64,000 nucleotides of DNA from contig JBGANV010000001.1 of the NCBI GenBank assembly GCA_044222185.1, forward strand, positions 288,001 to 352,000, given 5' to 3'. The stretch is from Planctomycetota bacterium. Lineage in GTDB: Bacteria > Planctomycetota > GCA-002687715 > CAIWVZ01. The notes beneath the pieces are model-generated. The model saw only the letters and a program-made list of their open reading frames with translations. It had not been told where the DNA came from and ran no database searches. The position numbers and the translations under genes were made by a program. Shown in pieces: positions 51,197-61,926 of the stretch; within the stretch, counting starts at the first letter, position 1, and each line of letters starts with the position of its first letter.

Positions 51197-52681
51197 ATGC
51201 GCATCCCGCGGTTGGTGATCATCGGTGTGGCCATAACCGTCGCGGTCCATCGGGCCGTGACGCAGCCCGTGACGTTCGACGAGGCGTGGAGCTTCGTCGA
51301 GTTCTGCCGAGGCGAGTGGGGACGTACGTTCGCACCGAGTTCGAACAATCACTTGTTGAACACCCTGCTGATGCGTTTGACGACGGGGGCGGTCGGCGCT
51401 TCGGCGTTCACGCTGCGAATACCGACGCTCGTCGCGTGTTGCGTGTCACTGGCATTCGTCTGGCGCTGGACGCGGCGCCTGGCAGGGTTCCCCGGAATCC
51501 TGGCGCTCGCGGCATTCGCCTTCGACCCGATCCTGTCGGACTACTTCGCCCTCGCGCGAGGCTATGGGATCGCGACCGCCATGCTGCTGTGGCTCGCAGA
51601 CGCACTCGGACGCGTCGGGTCGGGATTTTCGGCCAGCTCGACTCCGCGCCGCGCGCTGGTCGAGACCGGGCTCGCTGCGGCGGGATGCGCGTGCGCGTCG
51701 CTGACGTTCGTGCCGTCGGTCGTCGCTGTGATCGCTGCAGCCGTCGTCCTCGCGTGGCGAGCGCGTGATCGCTGGACTGCGGCAGATCTCGGAGCCGTCG
51801 CCGTCTGGGCCGGTGTGCCGGCGCTCGCGGCCGGAGCCGTCCCGCTCTGGTTTGCGCTACGGATCCCACGAGATCAGCTGTACTACGGCGCCGCGACGAT
51901 GGCGGAGTCGGGAACTTCGCTGATGGTGCGCATGCTGGCACGTCCGCGCGGTGAGCCGTGCGGAGCCCTCTCGGATCTCGGCGGTCCGCTCGTCATCACC
52001 GTTGCCATCGCGATCTGTGCGTCCGCGCTGGCGGTTGCCGTCGGCGCTGCGGTCATCGACCTGTGCCGTTCGCGGGAACGGGTGCTCGACGCGACCGAGC
52101 GGAGCGGAATCATCGTCGGTCTCGGAGCCGGGTTCGCCGTGGCCGCGACCTTCGGGTCGTCAGCGCTCGCGTCACTCCCGTATCCGAGCGATCGAACGGG
52201 CCTGCACCTCATCGTTCTGACGGTGCTCGGTGTCGGCTCGGCGTGCGCCAGGTCCGTCGGGTCGGAGCGGTCCATCCGACGCCTCGCGGCGGCGGCGATC
52301 CGCGCCGGCGTCGTCGTGTTCTCGTTTGCGTCGTATTCGATCGGTCCGTTCTCCGGGTGGGAGATCGACACACGATGCGGCGATGGGCTCCGATTCCTCG
52401 AGTCGCAGTGGCAGCCGGGCACGCCGCCCGTTCGCGTCCTCGCAGCACCCGAGGTCTGGGGGCCCTGCCTCGAGTTCGAGCGGGTGACGCGCCGGTTGGA
52501 TTGGCTGGCGCCCGTCGATCGGACGGCACGGCTGCCGATCTACGACTACCTCGTACTGACCCCGCGCTACGTCGCCATCGCCTGGATCCGCGAACTCGTC
52601 GAGCCCGTCTGGCAGACTCCGGACGGATCGGTCGTCATCGTTCGGGTCGACAAGAAGAAGCTCGGGGCCGAAACGAGATGA
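51197..52681 (+). CDS. Polytopic membrane protein, GT-C (PMT-like) glycosyltransferase candidate
   Basis: TFDEAWS after the first TM, NNHLLNT, LRIP, ARGYG motifs; many TM segments. Confidence 0.7.
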   Translation: MRIPRLVIIGVAITVAVHRAVTQPVTFDEAWSFVEFCRGEWGRTFAPSSNNHLLNTLLMRLTTGAVGASAFTLRIPTLVACCVSLAFVWRWTRRLAGFPGILALAAFAFDPILSDYFALARGYGIATAMLLWLADALGRVGSGFSASSTPRRALVETGLAAAGCACASLTFVPSVVAVIAAAVVLAWRARDRWTAADLGAVAVWAGVPALAAGAVPLWFALRIPRDQLYYGAATMAESGTSLMVRMLARPRGEPCGALSDLGGPLVITVAIAICASALAVAVGAAVIDLCRSRERVLDATERSGIIVGLGAGFAVAATFGSSALASLPYPSDRTGLHLIVLTVLGVGSACARSVGSERSIRRLAAAAIRAGVVVFSFASYSIGPFSGWEIDTRCGDGLRFLESQWQPGTPPVRVLAAPEVWGPCLEFERVTRRLDWLAPVDRTARLPIYDYLVLTPRYVAIAWIRELVEPVWQTPDGSVVIVRVDKKKLGAETR

Positions 52682-52847
52682 GGTCCTCTGGCACAGGTCA
52701 TTCGGCGCGAATCGAGACGGCCAGGCGGCGCGGTGTTCCGCGGATGATGCCGCGCGGTCCGCGTCGCCATGGGGGCGTCATCCAACTCTCTTCTTCGCGA
52801 CGTTGCGCGACCCGATCCGCCATGAACCGGTCGAGGGCGTAGCCGCG

Positions 52848-53594
52848 ATGTCCCCGCCGATGGCCGAGGATCTCACGGCGCCGCGCGACGCGCCGGATGA
52901 CCCGCGATGGTCGATGCGCGCGTCCACGCTCACCGTCCTTGCCGCGACCGTCCTCCTTCTTGGCGCGGCGCCGTTGGCACCGGAGCGATGGGACATCGCG
53001 GAGCCGCTCGTCCTGGGCGGCGCCGCGGTGTTCGCGCTCGCATTGGCGAGTCGACTCGTTCAGATGATCTGGCTGCGCGCGTTCGGGGCGGCGCTGATGC
53101 TGGCATGGGCGATCGGGGAGGTCGTCGGGTCCGTGTTCGTTCCCGGAACGATCTTCGGGTGTTTTCAGCCCTGCCTCTGGTTGGTGGCGGTCGTCGCGGG
53201 CGGGTTGGCCGGACTGCGCGTGAGCCTCGAGCGTGCGGGGAATGGGATTTCCGCACAGGAGTCGCGGGTTCGCGGATTCGTGTTCTCACTGCCCGTGATC
53301 CTGCTGCTTGGGTCCGGCGTCGCGCGTGACGTCGCGACGACCGACGCCCAGGCCTGGTGCGATCGCGCGATCGTTGCCGCCGACACGTGGGCTGCAAGCC
53401 ACGGCGGCTCCTATCCGTGCCGACTCGAGGACCTGGGAATCGCCAACGACCGCCGACCCGACCTCATGGGCTCCGACCCTTCGTACGGCTCGGACGGCGA
53501 GGGCTACATCGTCGCGTTCCGCTGTGGTGATCGTCGGTCGATGCAGTACCGGAGTGACGTTCGACGCTGGCTCTCGGTGAACTCCGGCCTCTGA
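52848..53594 (+). CDS. Hypothetical membrane protein
   Basis: About 5 hydrophobic segments followed by a small domain with GSYPCRLEDL (pilin/GspG-like motif); start uncertain. Confidence 0.5.
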   Translation: MSPPMAEDLTAPRDAPDDPRWSMRASTLTVLAATVLLLGAAPLAPERWDIAEPLVLGGAAVFALALASRLVQMIWLRAFGAALMLAWAIGEVVGSVFVPGTIFGCFQPCLWLVAVVAGGLAGLRVSLERAGNGISAQESRVRGFVFSLPVILLLGSGVARDVATTDAQAWCDRAIVAADTWAASHGGSYPCRLEDLGIANDRRPDLMGSDPSYGSDGEGYIVAFRCGDRRSMQYRSDVRRWLSVNSGL

Positions 53595-53829
53595 CTCCGT
53601 CGCCTGCCGCTGCACACACAGGGCGGCCGCCAAAAAAAAACCAAGAGCGAGGGGCGCGGCGCCCGCGTGGCCCAACGGGTCACGTCGAGTCATGTCTTCA
53701 TCGAGATCGAGTTGCGGCGGTCGATGCCGTCCGTCGCCGACGCCGCAGGTTCGCCCGACAAGCCGGCGCGGTCGCAGCCGAGACGGACGTCCTTTGGCAC
53801 ATCCGCGCGGTGTATGCGAAACTCGGCCC

Positions 53830-55197
53830 ATGGCCGCTCCGCTGGATATTCGCGACATCGTCGGCATAGAGCTCCGCATGAACTCGCTTGCACGGAGGTT
53901 CGGACTTAGCACGTTCAGGGACGCGGAGGTCATCCTGCCGACGGCTGAGCGCTTCCCGGGGCGTTGGCGAAGCACCGATCAGGAGGTATCGCGCCTCTTC
54001 GACATGGCATGCGACTTCATGGGAGTCGCCCGCGGGAGCGTGAAGCTCTCGTTCACGTCCGAGTGGCTCCATGGATCGCGAGCCGGCCACTGGGATGCAA
54101 GCGACTCGACGATGGAGAGGCTCGGGGTGCCCGAGATCTGCGTGCGGGCGAAATACCGCGACGTTCCGCATCAGCTGCTCGCGGTGTTCCTCCACGAACT
54201 GGCACACGAACGGCTCCTGCGCACGGAGCAACGACCGGAATCGATCTGGGGGGACGAAGTCCTCACGGATCTCATGCCGGTCGCGCTGGGGCTCGGGGTC
54301 ATGATGGCGAACGCCGTCCTTTCGGAGCGCAGCGGAACGACGGGCCAGTGGAGTTGGTGGAGCACCAATCGCGTCGGCTATCTGCCGGCCTCGCACCTCG
54401 GACATGCCCTTGCCGTGTTCGCGTGGGTTCGCGGCGAGCGCGAGCCGGCCTGGCGAGCGCACCTGCGCCCGGACGCGGGCGTCACGATGGATCTGGCGCT
54501 CGAGCAATTCGAGCGGACGAAGGATTGTCTCGTCGACCGTGACGATCCGGCGGCCCTCGACCGCGCGCACGCCGACCCGGCCTCGATCCTCAAGCGACTG
54601 AGCGACTCGAGCGCCCGTGTCCGCCTGGCGGCGCTCTGGTGCCTTCCGTGGGACGCTCTCACCGGCGCGGCCGCGGTCGGTCCGATCCTGCGGATGCTCG
54701 ACGATCCTGAAGCCTCGATCCGCATCGAAGCTGCGGGCGTGTTGCCGGAGACTGGCGACCTTGGGAAGCGTGCGGTCGAGCGGTTGTTCGAACTCTACTG
54801 CGTCGGCGACGAGAGCGAGCGCGCTGCGGCGACCCTATCCCTCGCGCGAATGAACCTGAAGGCGGACGTCCTGATTCCCGAGCTGACGCGACGGTTGAGG
54901 CACCAGGACGGCGCCTTGCGTCATCTCGCGGCGGCGGCACTCGCGTACTACGGCGCGGCAGCTCGAGACGCGTTGCCGCACCTGGTCGCGGAGCTGGCCC
55001 TGGCCGTGTCGCGGGTCCAGCCGACGCACGAGTTGGCCTCCGCGATCGCCGCCGTCGCGTCCGACCCGGTTGCGGCGATTCGAGAGGCGCTCGGAAGCGA
55101 TCCCGAGACGTGCGAGGCGGCGGTGCGGGCGCTCCGCGAAGCTCAGGGCGAGGAGGTGGAAATGGACGAGGACTGGGAGGAGGAGAACGGGGAATGA
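53830..55197 (+). CDS. HExxH metallopeptidase-like domain plus HEAT repeats
   Basis: FLHELAHERL..DEVLTDL..LGLG; C-terminal LxDxxxxVRxxAxxxL repeats; acidic tail; start uncertain. Confidence 0.7.
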   Translation: MAAPLDIRDIVGIELRMNSLARRFGLSTFRDAEVILPTAERFPGRWRSTDQEVSRLFDMACDFMGVARGSVKLSFTSEWLHGSRAGHWDASDSTMERLGVPEICVRAKYRDVPHQLLAVFLHELAHERLLRTEQRPESIWGDEVLTDLMPVALGLGVMMANAVLSERSGTTGQWSWWSTNRVGYLPASHLGHALAVFAWVRGEREPAWRAHLRPDAGVTMDLALEQFERTKDCLVDRDDPAALDRAHADPASILKRLSDSSARVRLAALWCLPWDALTGAAAVGPILRMLDDPEASIRIEAAGVLPETGDLGKRAVERLFELYCVGDESERAAATLSLARMNLKADVLIPELTRRLRHQDGALRHLAAAALAYYGAAARDALPHLVAELALAVSRVQPTHELASAIAAVASDPVAAIREALGSDPETCEAAVRALREAQGEEVEMDEDWEEENGE

Positions 55198-57047
55198 CGG
55201 ACGGTACGTCGCGTGACCGCGGGGCGATGCGATACGGGCCGTGGGCCGGACTCGCGATCGCCACCGTGGCTCTCGCGTGGCTCGGATGGTGGATGCTCCG
55301 CGCCGGGGAAGCGTCGGCGGCGTCACTCCGTGAAACGCCGTCGACTGCGGGCGCGATCGAGATGCCCGCCGCCCTTCCGCCCGATCACGGCAAACGGCGC
55401 GCAGCGTCGAAGCCCGCATCTGCGCCGCCGGGGGGCAACACCTCGCTCACGGCGAGGATCGACGCCCCCGACTCGCAACCGTCGAGCCTGCCGCCTCCGG
55501 ACTCCAGCGTGATCCGAGTCGCCCCCGTGACCCGGATCGCGCTGCGGATCGTCGACTGGCGCGGCGCGCCGATCACGCACCTGGAGGGGCTCGCGTCGAT
55601 CGGGTTCGACGAGCCCGACTCGCGCACCGCGGCGGAACTCCGGGCCATCCGGGCTCGCAACGCGGTCTTCGCGATGCAGCCGTTTCTGACTCAGCCGAAT
55701 GGGGCCAGGCCCGGCCTCGTTGAACTCGCAGTCCCGCCCGCGACGACCGGGACGGTTCGTGTCCTCGTGAGCGTGGGCGCGGAGCCCAAGATCCTCCGCC
55801 TGTGTGACGACGCAGCGTTCACGGCCCGCCTCCCCGGCGAGACCGTGGTGCTTCCCGACGTGACGCTCAGTTTCGCGCCGATCCTCGCGCGTGGACGGGT
55901 GACGGACGCGTCGGATCGCCCGATCGCTGGTGCGCCGGTCGTCGCTTATCAGGCATCGCCCTCCGGAGCCGCGGGCCTCACGCCTTGGTGGAACGTCATC
56001 CGGACGCTGTCGCAGGCGGATGGGAGCTACGAACTGCGCGGAGTCCAGGTCGATCCGATCGTCGTCATCTCACGAATGCCCGGACTTCGAGGCTCGGAGC
56101 CGCATCCGCTGGAGCGTCTCGGTGCCACGGTCGACCTCGTCGTGAGGAAGGCGGGATCGATCGAGGGCAGCATCCGGTCGTGCGGCGCCTGGAAGCGGGA
56201 GGCCCTTCGTCTGTCGGCGTGCGTCGGCACCGTCGACATAAGTCCGAATTGGAGCGAGTCGTCTGCGCTGGGACGAACGGTCACGCCTGCCGAGGACGGT
56301 CGGTTCGCAGTGCTGAACGTGCCGCCGGGCCGATACTCGCTCGTGGTGCGCATCGTGGGGCAGCGCGTCCTCGCGATCGACGACGTGGTCGTCGTCGCGG
56401 GCGAACCCTGTCGAGACCCGCGCTTGAAGGACCTCGTCATCGAGCCTGCGCTGGCGAGCGCGACCGTACTCGTCACCGACGATCACGGTGCGCCGGTGCG
56501 TTCGGCACAGGTCGAAGTGATGGGTGCGGGCGGAGGTGCCGGTGCAGGTGACGTGCAGCGCGCGGTCGCCAACGAGTCCGGCGTCGCGAGTTTCGCGCTA
56601 CCACCGCAGGCGGAATATCGCGTCACCGCCGGTCGCACCGGGTTCGCGCCGTCGGTCGTCGACCGCACACGGCTCCCGGCGACCATCGCACTCGCGCCGC
56701 TCGCCTCCGTGCAGATCACGTTTGGTGCCGGCTCGTCCGTCGCGCCCGGTTCGCTGGCTCTCGTCCCGCTCGATGAAATTCGCGGCGAGGTGGGGGACAC
56801 CGTGCTGATCCCGCCGCGTCTTTCTGCCGACTCGCTCGTCGCGTTGAGGCGCGATCGCCTCCAGTACACCCTCGATGTCCCGGCGGAGCGGAACTACGCG
56901 GTGATCGTCGCGCCGCGCGAATCCGACTCGCCCCCCCTCGGCCGGCGGCTCATCCAACCGGGAAGTCCTGCCGGTACGCTCATCGGGAACTTTCACGCCG
57001 AGCCGCAGAAGAACGTCGTGCGGATGCCCCCAATCGACATGCGGTAG
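55194..57047 (+). CDS. Membrane-anchored protein with carboxypeptidase-regulatory-like (beta-sandwich) repeats
   Basis: N-terminal TM; GRVTDASDRPIAGAPV..DGSYEL, DGRFAVLNVPPGRYSL, VTDDHGAPVRSAQV; ATGA overlap with the upstream stop. Confidence 0.75.
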   Translation: MTDGTSRDRGAMRYGPWAGLAIATVALAWLGWWMLRAGEASAASLRETPSTAGAIEMPAALPPDHGKRRAASKPASAPPGGNTSLTARIDAPDSQPSSLPPPDSSVIRVAPVTRIALRIVDWRGAPITHLEGLASIGFDEPDSRTAAELRAIRARNAVFAMQPFLTQPNGARPGLVELAVPPATTGTVRVLVSVGAEPKILRLCDDAAFTARLPGETVVLPDVTLSFAPILARGRVTDASDRPIAGAPVVAYQASPSGAAGLTPWWNVIRTLSQADGSYELRGVQVDPIVVISRMPGLRGSEPHPLERLGATVDLVVRKAGSIEGSIRSCGAWKREALRLSACVGTVDISPNWSESSALGRTVTPAEDGRFAVLNVPPGRYSLVVRIVGQRVLAIDDVVVVAGEPCRDPRLKDLVIEPALASATVLVTDDHGAPVRSAQVEVMGAGGGAGAGDVQRAVANESGVASFALPPQAEYRVTAGRTGFAPSVVDRTRLPATIALAPLASVQITFGAGSSVAPGSLALVPLDEIRGEVGDTVLIPPRLSADSLVALRRDRLQYTLDVPAERNYAVIVAPRESDSPPLGRRLIQPGSPAGTLIGNFHAEPQKNVVRMPPIDMR

Positions 57048-57420
57048 CGGAATGAGGCTGCGTGTCCTGCATCCATCGACGGCGGAGACGTGCCACGACT
57101 GCCGTGAACGGCGCTCGCGCCGCCGCAGGACGATCGACCTGCTGTTCGACGGCGCGGAGGCGGGGACGACGCAGTGTCGAAACCTCGGTGCGGGCCCCGG
57201 TGAGCACGTTCGGCAAGCAGCGTTTCGCCTGTAAACCGGCGGATGCGCCCGCGATGCATCCATCGCCGGGAGCGAGTTGCCCCCAGCGCCGCTTTGCCAC
57301 CCGTCGAAGTTGCACGGATTGCCGCGTTCGCGCCCCTGCGCAGCTCGATCGTGGGCGCGGTCCGCGCGGCGAGTCGAGGCGAGGCACATCCGTTGCTGAC
57401 GAGATGGTCACCCAACGAGG

Positions 57421-59115
57421 ATGTTCACCATCATGAGACTCGAACACACGTTCATCGCGGTCGTCACCATCGTCTACGCCGCCGTCGCTCAGCAGTTGCC
57501 GCGGCTCCAGCACATCGAGTTCAACGCGGGGGTACCGTCGTCGTTCGGAACGCGCGTGGCGACGGTCGGCGACCTGGATCACGACGGCTTCGAGGACTAC
57601 GCCGTGGGCTCTCCAGACGAGACGCTGGGCAATCCCTCCGTTCCCCAATACCTCGGCGTCGTCCGCGTCTATTCGGGCGCGACGGGCGCCATCCTCCACA
57701 CGCTTTCGGGCACGCTGCCGTTCGATCGTTTCGGTTGGTCCGTCGGCGGCGGTGGTGACGTCGATGCCGACGGGACGCCCGACGTGATCGTCGGGCTCCC
57801 GCTGGGCGCAAACACGTCGACGACCGGCAACGTGAAGGTGTTCTCGGGGAGCAGCGGTCTCTCGATCCGCACCTACGTTCTTCCGACCCTCTACGGTTAT
57901 CGCGTCGCCAACGCGGGCGACATCGACGGCGACGGCCGCGCGGACGTCATGACCTCGAGTGGGCTGTTCGCGCTTCCGAGCGCGTCGACCCTCACGCCGG
58001 TGCTCGTGCTGTCCGGCGCAACGGGCCTGGTGATCGCCAGCTACACCGGAATCGCCGCGGGCGTGAGCACGCCTTACGACTCGTGGGGAATTTCGCTCGC
58101 TGGTGGGCGCGATCTGAATGGCGACGGGCGGGACGACGTCCTCATCGGATTCGCATCCCAGGGCGGCCTCGGCAACCAGCACGGGGGAGTCGTGGCTTGC
58201 TCGGGTCTGACGGGCGGTGTCATCCAGTCGTACGGCGGTGCACCCGTGTTCAGCTTCCTCGGAGAGTCCGTCGTGTTCATGCCGGACATCGACGGGGACG
58301 GCCGACCCGACGTGGTCGCTGGAGGGACGGGAAACGGGAGCGTGAGCGTTCCTGGGACCGTGCGGGCCTACTCGGGGCTGGGCGGAGCGCTCCTCTTCAG
58401 CATCACGAGCCCGGTGCTGGCCGACTCGTTCGGCGGCGCACTCGCAGGCGGGCGCGACCTGGACGGCGATGGCGTCGCGGACTTCGTCACGAGCACCCCG
58501 GGACTCAATCCGTCGGGCATTCAGCCTCCAGCGGGCTCCGCGCTCGGGGTCGTCCGCGCCTACTCGGGCGCGACAGGTGCGCTGATCGGGCTCGTCGCAG
58601 GGCGCGCCCCTGGCGCGAACTACGGCGGAGCACTGGCGATGCTCGCAGACACGAACGGCGACGGATTCGACGAGGTCGTCGTCGGCGCCGGACAGGACGA
58701 CACGATCTTCGGAACGGACGCCGGGAGCGTCGACGTCATCGAGTTTGCGGGCGCCCTCGGGTTCGGTGTTGGGAACGGCACCCTCCAGCTCGGAGTGATT
58801 CACGGGCCCTTCGGGGCGAACTGGGTCGGTGCCCTGCGTGCGTCCGGGGCGGGTCCGGGTGCGGCCGGGTTCATCGCGGCCGATCTGGCTCCGGCGAACA
58901 CGACGATCGCCAACCCGCCGATTCCCCTCTACCTCGCGGTGACGCCGGCACTGCTGCTCCAGCCGATCACGTTCGACGGGAGCGGCGCGTGGTCGACACC
59001 CGTGCTCCTGCGCCAACCGGCCGTCGCGGGCCTCGTCGCCTACGCGCAGGCGTTCGAGGTCAGCGGTCCGACGTTCGTCGCGTCCGGTGGGATGCAGCTG
59101 CTGTTCAGCAACTAG
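57421..59115 (+). CDS. Secreted integrin-alpha/FG-GAP beta-propeller protein with C-terminal domain
   Basis: About 7 units of FG..V..GDxDGDGxxD..VG.P..G.VRxYSGATG; ends ..AGLVAYAQAF..SGGMQLLFSN. Confidence 0.87.
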   Translation: MFTIMRLEHTFIAVVTIVYAAVAQQLPRLQHIEFNAGVPSSFGTRVATVGDLDHDGFEDYAVGSPDETLGNPSVPQYLGVVRVYSGATGAILHTLSGTLPFDRFGWSVGGGGDVDADGTPDVIVGLPLGANTSTTGNVKVFSGSSGLSIRTYVLPTLYGYRVANAGDIDGDGRADVMTSSGLFALPSASTLTPVLVLSGATGLVIASYTGIAAGVSTPYDSWGISLAGGRDLNGDGRDDVLIGFASQGGLGNQHGGVVACSGLTGGVIQSYGGAPVFSFLGESVVFMPDIDGDGRPDVVAGGTGNGSVSVPGTVRAYSGLGGALLFSITSPVLADSFGGALAGGRDLDGDGVADFVTSTPGLNPSGIQPPAGSALGVVRAYSGATGALIGLVAGRAPGANYGGALAMLADTNGDGFDEVVVGAGQDDTIFGTDAGSVDVIEFAGALGFGVGNGTLQLGVIHGPFGANWVGALRASGAGPGAAGFIAADLAPANTTIANPPIPLYLAVTPALLLQPITFDGSGAWSTPVLLRQPAVAGLVAYAQAFEVSGPTFVASGGMQLLFSN

Positions 59116-59500
59116 GCATCGGAACGATGCGGTGGCCGGCTGCTGCGAGGATGCCGGTCGCACGGCCGACGTCTGCCGCTCGCACGAGGATGTAATCCGT
59201 GTCGTACGTCGAGACGACGAACACGGATATTGCCGCGGATGCGAGCGGCGCCGTCAGCTCGGCGATGACGCCGATCGTGGCGAAGTCGACGACGCCGGCA
59301 ATGCCGAGCGCGCGGCGGTCCGCCTCCCGCGTGATCCCGGGGGGAACCTGAGCCTCGGCGCAGACGATCGACAGCTCCGTTGCCGTCCGTGTGATCGAGA
59401 GGAACGGCCCGCCCTCGCACCACGAGGGGATTGGCGCGGTGGGTTCGAGGCGGCAGATCGCGAGCGGCGTGGGAATCAACCTGAACTCGAAGGATTGCAT
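59105..59500 (-). CDS. Tandem ACT-domain protein (CASTOR-like ACT)
   Basis: FLSITRTATELSIVC, IGVIAELTAPLA..ISVFVVSTYDTDYILV. Confidence 0.85.
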   Translation of the reverse strand: MQSFEFRLIPTPLAICRLEPTAPIPSWCEGGPFLSITRTATELSIVCAEAQVPPGITREADRRALGIAGVVDFATIGVIAELTAPLASAAISVFVVSTYDTDYILVRAADVGRATGILAAAGHRIVPMPSC

Positions 59501-59647
59501 GGAGCGGCATTCTGGGGACGACTGCGCGCCGCGCAAAGGGCATCAGCCGGGCGACTTCCCGCTTCGGTACGACTGGCAGGTTGAGCGCGGGCCGTGTATA
59601 CACACCGAATCCGACGCGACGTCGCGTCCCCCACCCGGAGCCCAGGC

Positions 59648-60223
59648 ATGCGCCGATTCGACCTGCGGATCGTCATGTTCGTCACGGTGTTCGCTCTCGT
59701 CGCGCCCTACGCGGGGAGCACGATCCTCATCGTCAAGAACCTCGGCGAACTCGCCCGCGAGGCGGATGCGATCGTCGTCGGTCGCGTCACGGGCGCTGAG
59801 TCGCGCTGGGGGAACGGGCAGTCGATCATCTGGACGCATCACTCCATGCGGGTGGAGGAGACGTGGAAGGGTGACCTCACCGGCGAGATCGTCGTCAGTG
59901 AGATCGGCGGGACGGTGGGAACCAAGTCCCAGTTTCTTTGCGGCGCTCCGTCGTACAGGGCCGGCGACCACGTCCTCTTGTTCCTCAAGCGCGACGCCGG
60001 TGGGCTTCTGCGCACGTACGGCTGGCTGCAGGGGCGGTTCGACCTCGCCGCCGATTCCGCGCACCTCGGCGCCTGGCTCGTGACGCCGTCGTTCAGGCAC
60101 GTGATCGACGGCTTCGTTCCGGCGAGCGAGGTACGTGATGGCGGATCCGTCGACCTGGATCGCTTCCGCAACCAGGTGATCGACCTGGTGCATTCGCCGG
60201 CCCGTCGTGGGGAGGGACGTTGA
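59648..60223 (+). CDS. Secreted protein, probable partner/propeptide-like domain of the adjacent metalloprotease
   Basis: Signal peptide; ELAREADAIVVGRV..VEETWKG..GGTVG..GAPSY..GDHVLLFL; overlaps the start of the next gene. Confidence 0.7.
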   Translation: MRRFDLRIVMFVTVFALVAPYAGSTILIVKNLGELAREADAIVVGRVTGAESRWGNGQSIIWTHHSMRVEETWKGDLTGEIVVSEIGGTVGTKSQFLCGAPSYRAGDHVLLFLKRDAGGLLRTYGWLQGRFDLAADSAHLGAWLVTPSFRHVIDGFVPASEVRDGGSVDLDRFRNQVIDLVHSPARRGEGR

Positions 60224-61926
60224 TGCGCCGCCTGGTCCTCGGTTCGATCTTGGTCGTCGTCTTCATGGTCATCGCGCCGGCTCACGTTCCCACGTTGGTC
60301 GTCCCCCCGTCTGGCGGCGGGACGATCACCTGGCCGCAGAACGCAACGATCAACTACAAGCTGCATTCGAGCGTTCCGGGCGGGTTCGTGGCTGCGGTCG
60401 ACGCCTCGTTCCACGCCATCGACGTGGAGACGCCACTCACGTTCGTCAACGGTGGTGCCACGGCGATCGCGACCGTCGGGACGGATGGCACCAACGTCAT
60501 CACGTTCGCGAACAACACGACGAACCTGCAGGCCGTCGGCGGTGCACTCGCCGTCACGCTCGTGAGCTTCTCGAGCGGGACCATCAGCGAGGCGGACATC
60601 GTGTTCAACCCGGCGACGACGTTCTCGACCAACCTGGCGGCGAGCACCTTCGACGTGCAATCGGTTGGGACGCACGAAGCGGGGCATTTCGTCGGCCTCG
60701 ACCACAGCCCGATGCTCGACGCGACGATGTACCCCACGACGTCGGCGGCCACGTCGATCCGCCGCACGCTCGCCGCCGATGACCGCTCGGGACTGCGCCT
60801 CCTCTATCCAGGGAACACGGCCGCGACGGTGGGCACGGTCACCGGCACGATCCAACGCGCGCCGGGCCAGCTCGTGGGCGGCGCGCACCTCGTCCTGCGG
60901 GACGTCGTCACGGGGCGCAGCATCGACGGCGGAGTCAGCCGGGGGACGGGCGCGTTCACCATCAGCGCCGTCCCTCCGAGCGACTATCACCTCTACGTGG
61001 AGCCGTTGGACACGCCGTTCCAGCCCGCCAACCTGGGCTCGTCGTATTGGGGAACGGTGACCTTCGACACGTCGTTCAGGACGGCGGTTCTCGGCGGGAC
61101 CGCGAATCCGACCGTCCTCGCCGTGCGCCCGGGGGTGACGACGAACGTGGGCACGTTCACCGTCGCGGGGCCGGCGCCCACGTTGAATCTCGTGGCGGTC
61201 GCCGCGCTCGCGACCGCGAACGGCGGCTTCTCCTTCTCGACCGGCCAGCCGGTCGGGTTGTCGGCTCCGTACTCGCAATGGCTCGTCGTCGTCGGAAACT
61301 CGGTCAACACGCTCGCCGATTCGGCGTTCAACTTTCAGAGCCCCTTCATCTCGTTCTCGGGCCCGAGCACGGGGAGTGGCACGCTCGGTGGCGGTCTTGC
61401 GTTCAAGATCTTCCCGGTCGCGGTCGCGTCCAACGCGCCGTCCGGTGGATACCTTCTGCGCGTCGTCGACCCGAACACGTCCGAGATGGCCATCGCGCCC
61501 GGGCTCGTCGAGGTGTTGCCGACGGCGACGCCGCAGGCCTGGGCAGCGACGTACGGACCGAATTGCCCGGGCGCCGCTGGCGCCACGCTGCTGACCATCC
61601 CGTCGCCACCGAGCCTGGGTAACGGGCAGTTCCGTTTCGCGCTGAGCAACACGTCCGCCGTCGAAACCGCCTTCTTCTTCTTCTCCACGAACGCCGACTA
61701 CGTCCTCGTGCTGCCCTCCTGCAACGCGAGCGTCGACTTGAGCCGGCTGATCATCCCGTTCCCTGGATTCTCGTTGCCGTGCGGAGCGGGCAGCACGACG
61801 CTGTTCATGCCCCTTCCGAACACGCCTGCGCTCGCGGGCCTGGATGTCTACGCGCAGTGCGCGGTGATCGTGAACGCCACGGCTGCCACGCGGGTGACGA
61901 ACGCCGCCCAGCTGCACTTCGAATAG
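60220..61926 (+). CDS. Secreted matrixin-like (metzincin) metalloprotease with beta-sandwich and C-terminal domain
   Basis: EADIVFN, FDVQSVGTHEAGHFVGLDHS (HExxHxxGxxH), Met-turn ATMYP; ends ..PALAGLDVYAQ..TNAAQLHFE. Confidence 0.88.
   Translation: MMRRLVLGSILVVVFMVIAPAHVPTLVVPPSGGGTITWPQNATINYKLHSSVPGGFVAAVDASFHAIDVETPLTFVNGGATAIATVGTDGTNVITFANNTTNLQAVGGALAVTLVSFSSGTISEADIVFNPATTFSTNLAASTFDVQSVGTHEAGHFVGLDHSPMLDATMYPTTSAATSIRRTLAADDRSGLRLLYPGNTAATVGTVTGTIQRAPGQLVGGAHLVLRDVVTGRSIDGGVSRGTGAFTISAVPPSDYHLYVEPLDTPFQPANLGSSYWGTVTFDTSFRTAVLGGTANPTVLAVRPGVTTNVGTFTVAGPAPTLNLVAVAALATANGGFSFSTGQPVGLSAPYSQWLVVVGNSVNTLADSAFNFQSPFISFSGPSTGSGTLGGGLAFKIFPVAVASNAPSGGYLLRVVDPNTSEMAIAPGLVEVLPTATPQAWAATYGPNCPGAAGATLLTIPSPPSLGNGQFRFALSNTSAVETAFFFFSTNADYVLVLPSCNASVDLSRLIIPFPGFSLPCGAGSTTLFMPLPNTPALAGLDVYAQCAVIVNATAATRVTNAAQLHFE

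Noticed and set aside
53620-53670. A9 tract as a terminator or phase-variation site
   Set aside because: Intergenic, no clean hairpin correctly placed before a U-tract, and no minus-strand gene to terminate.
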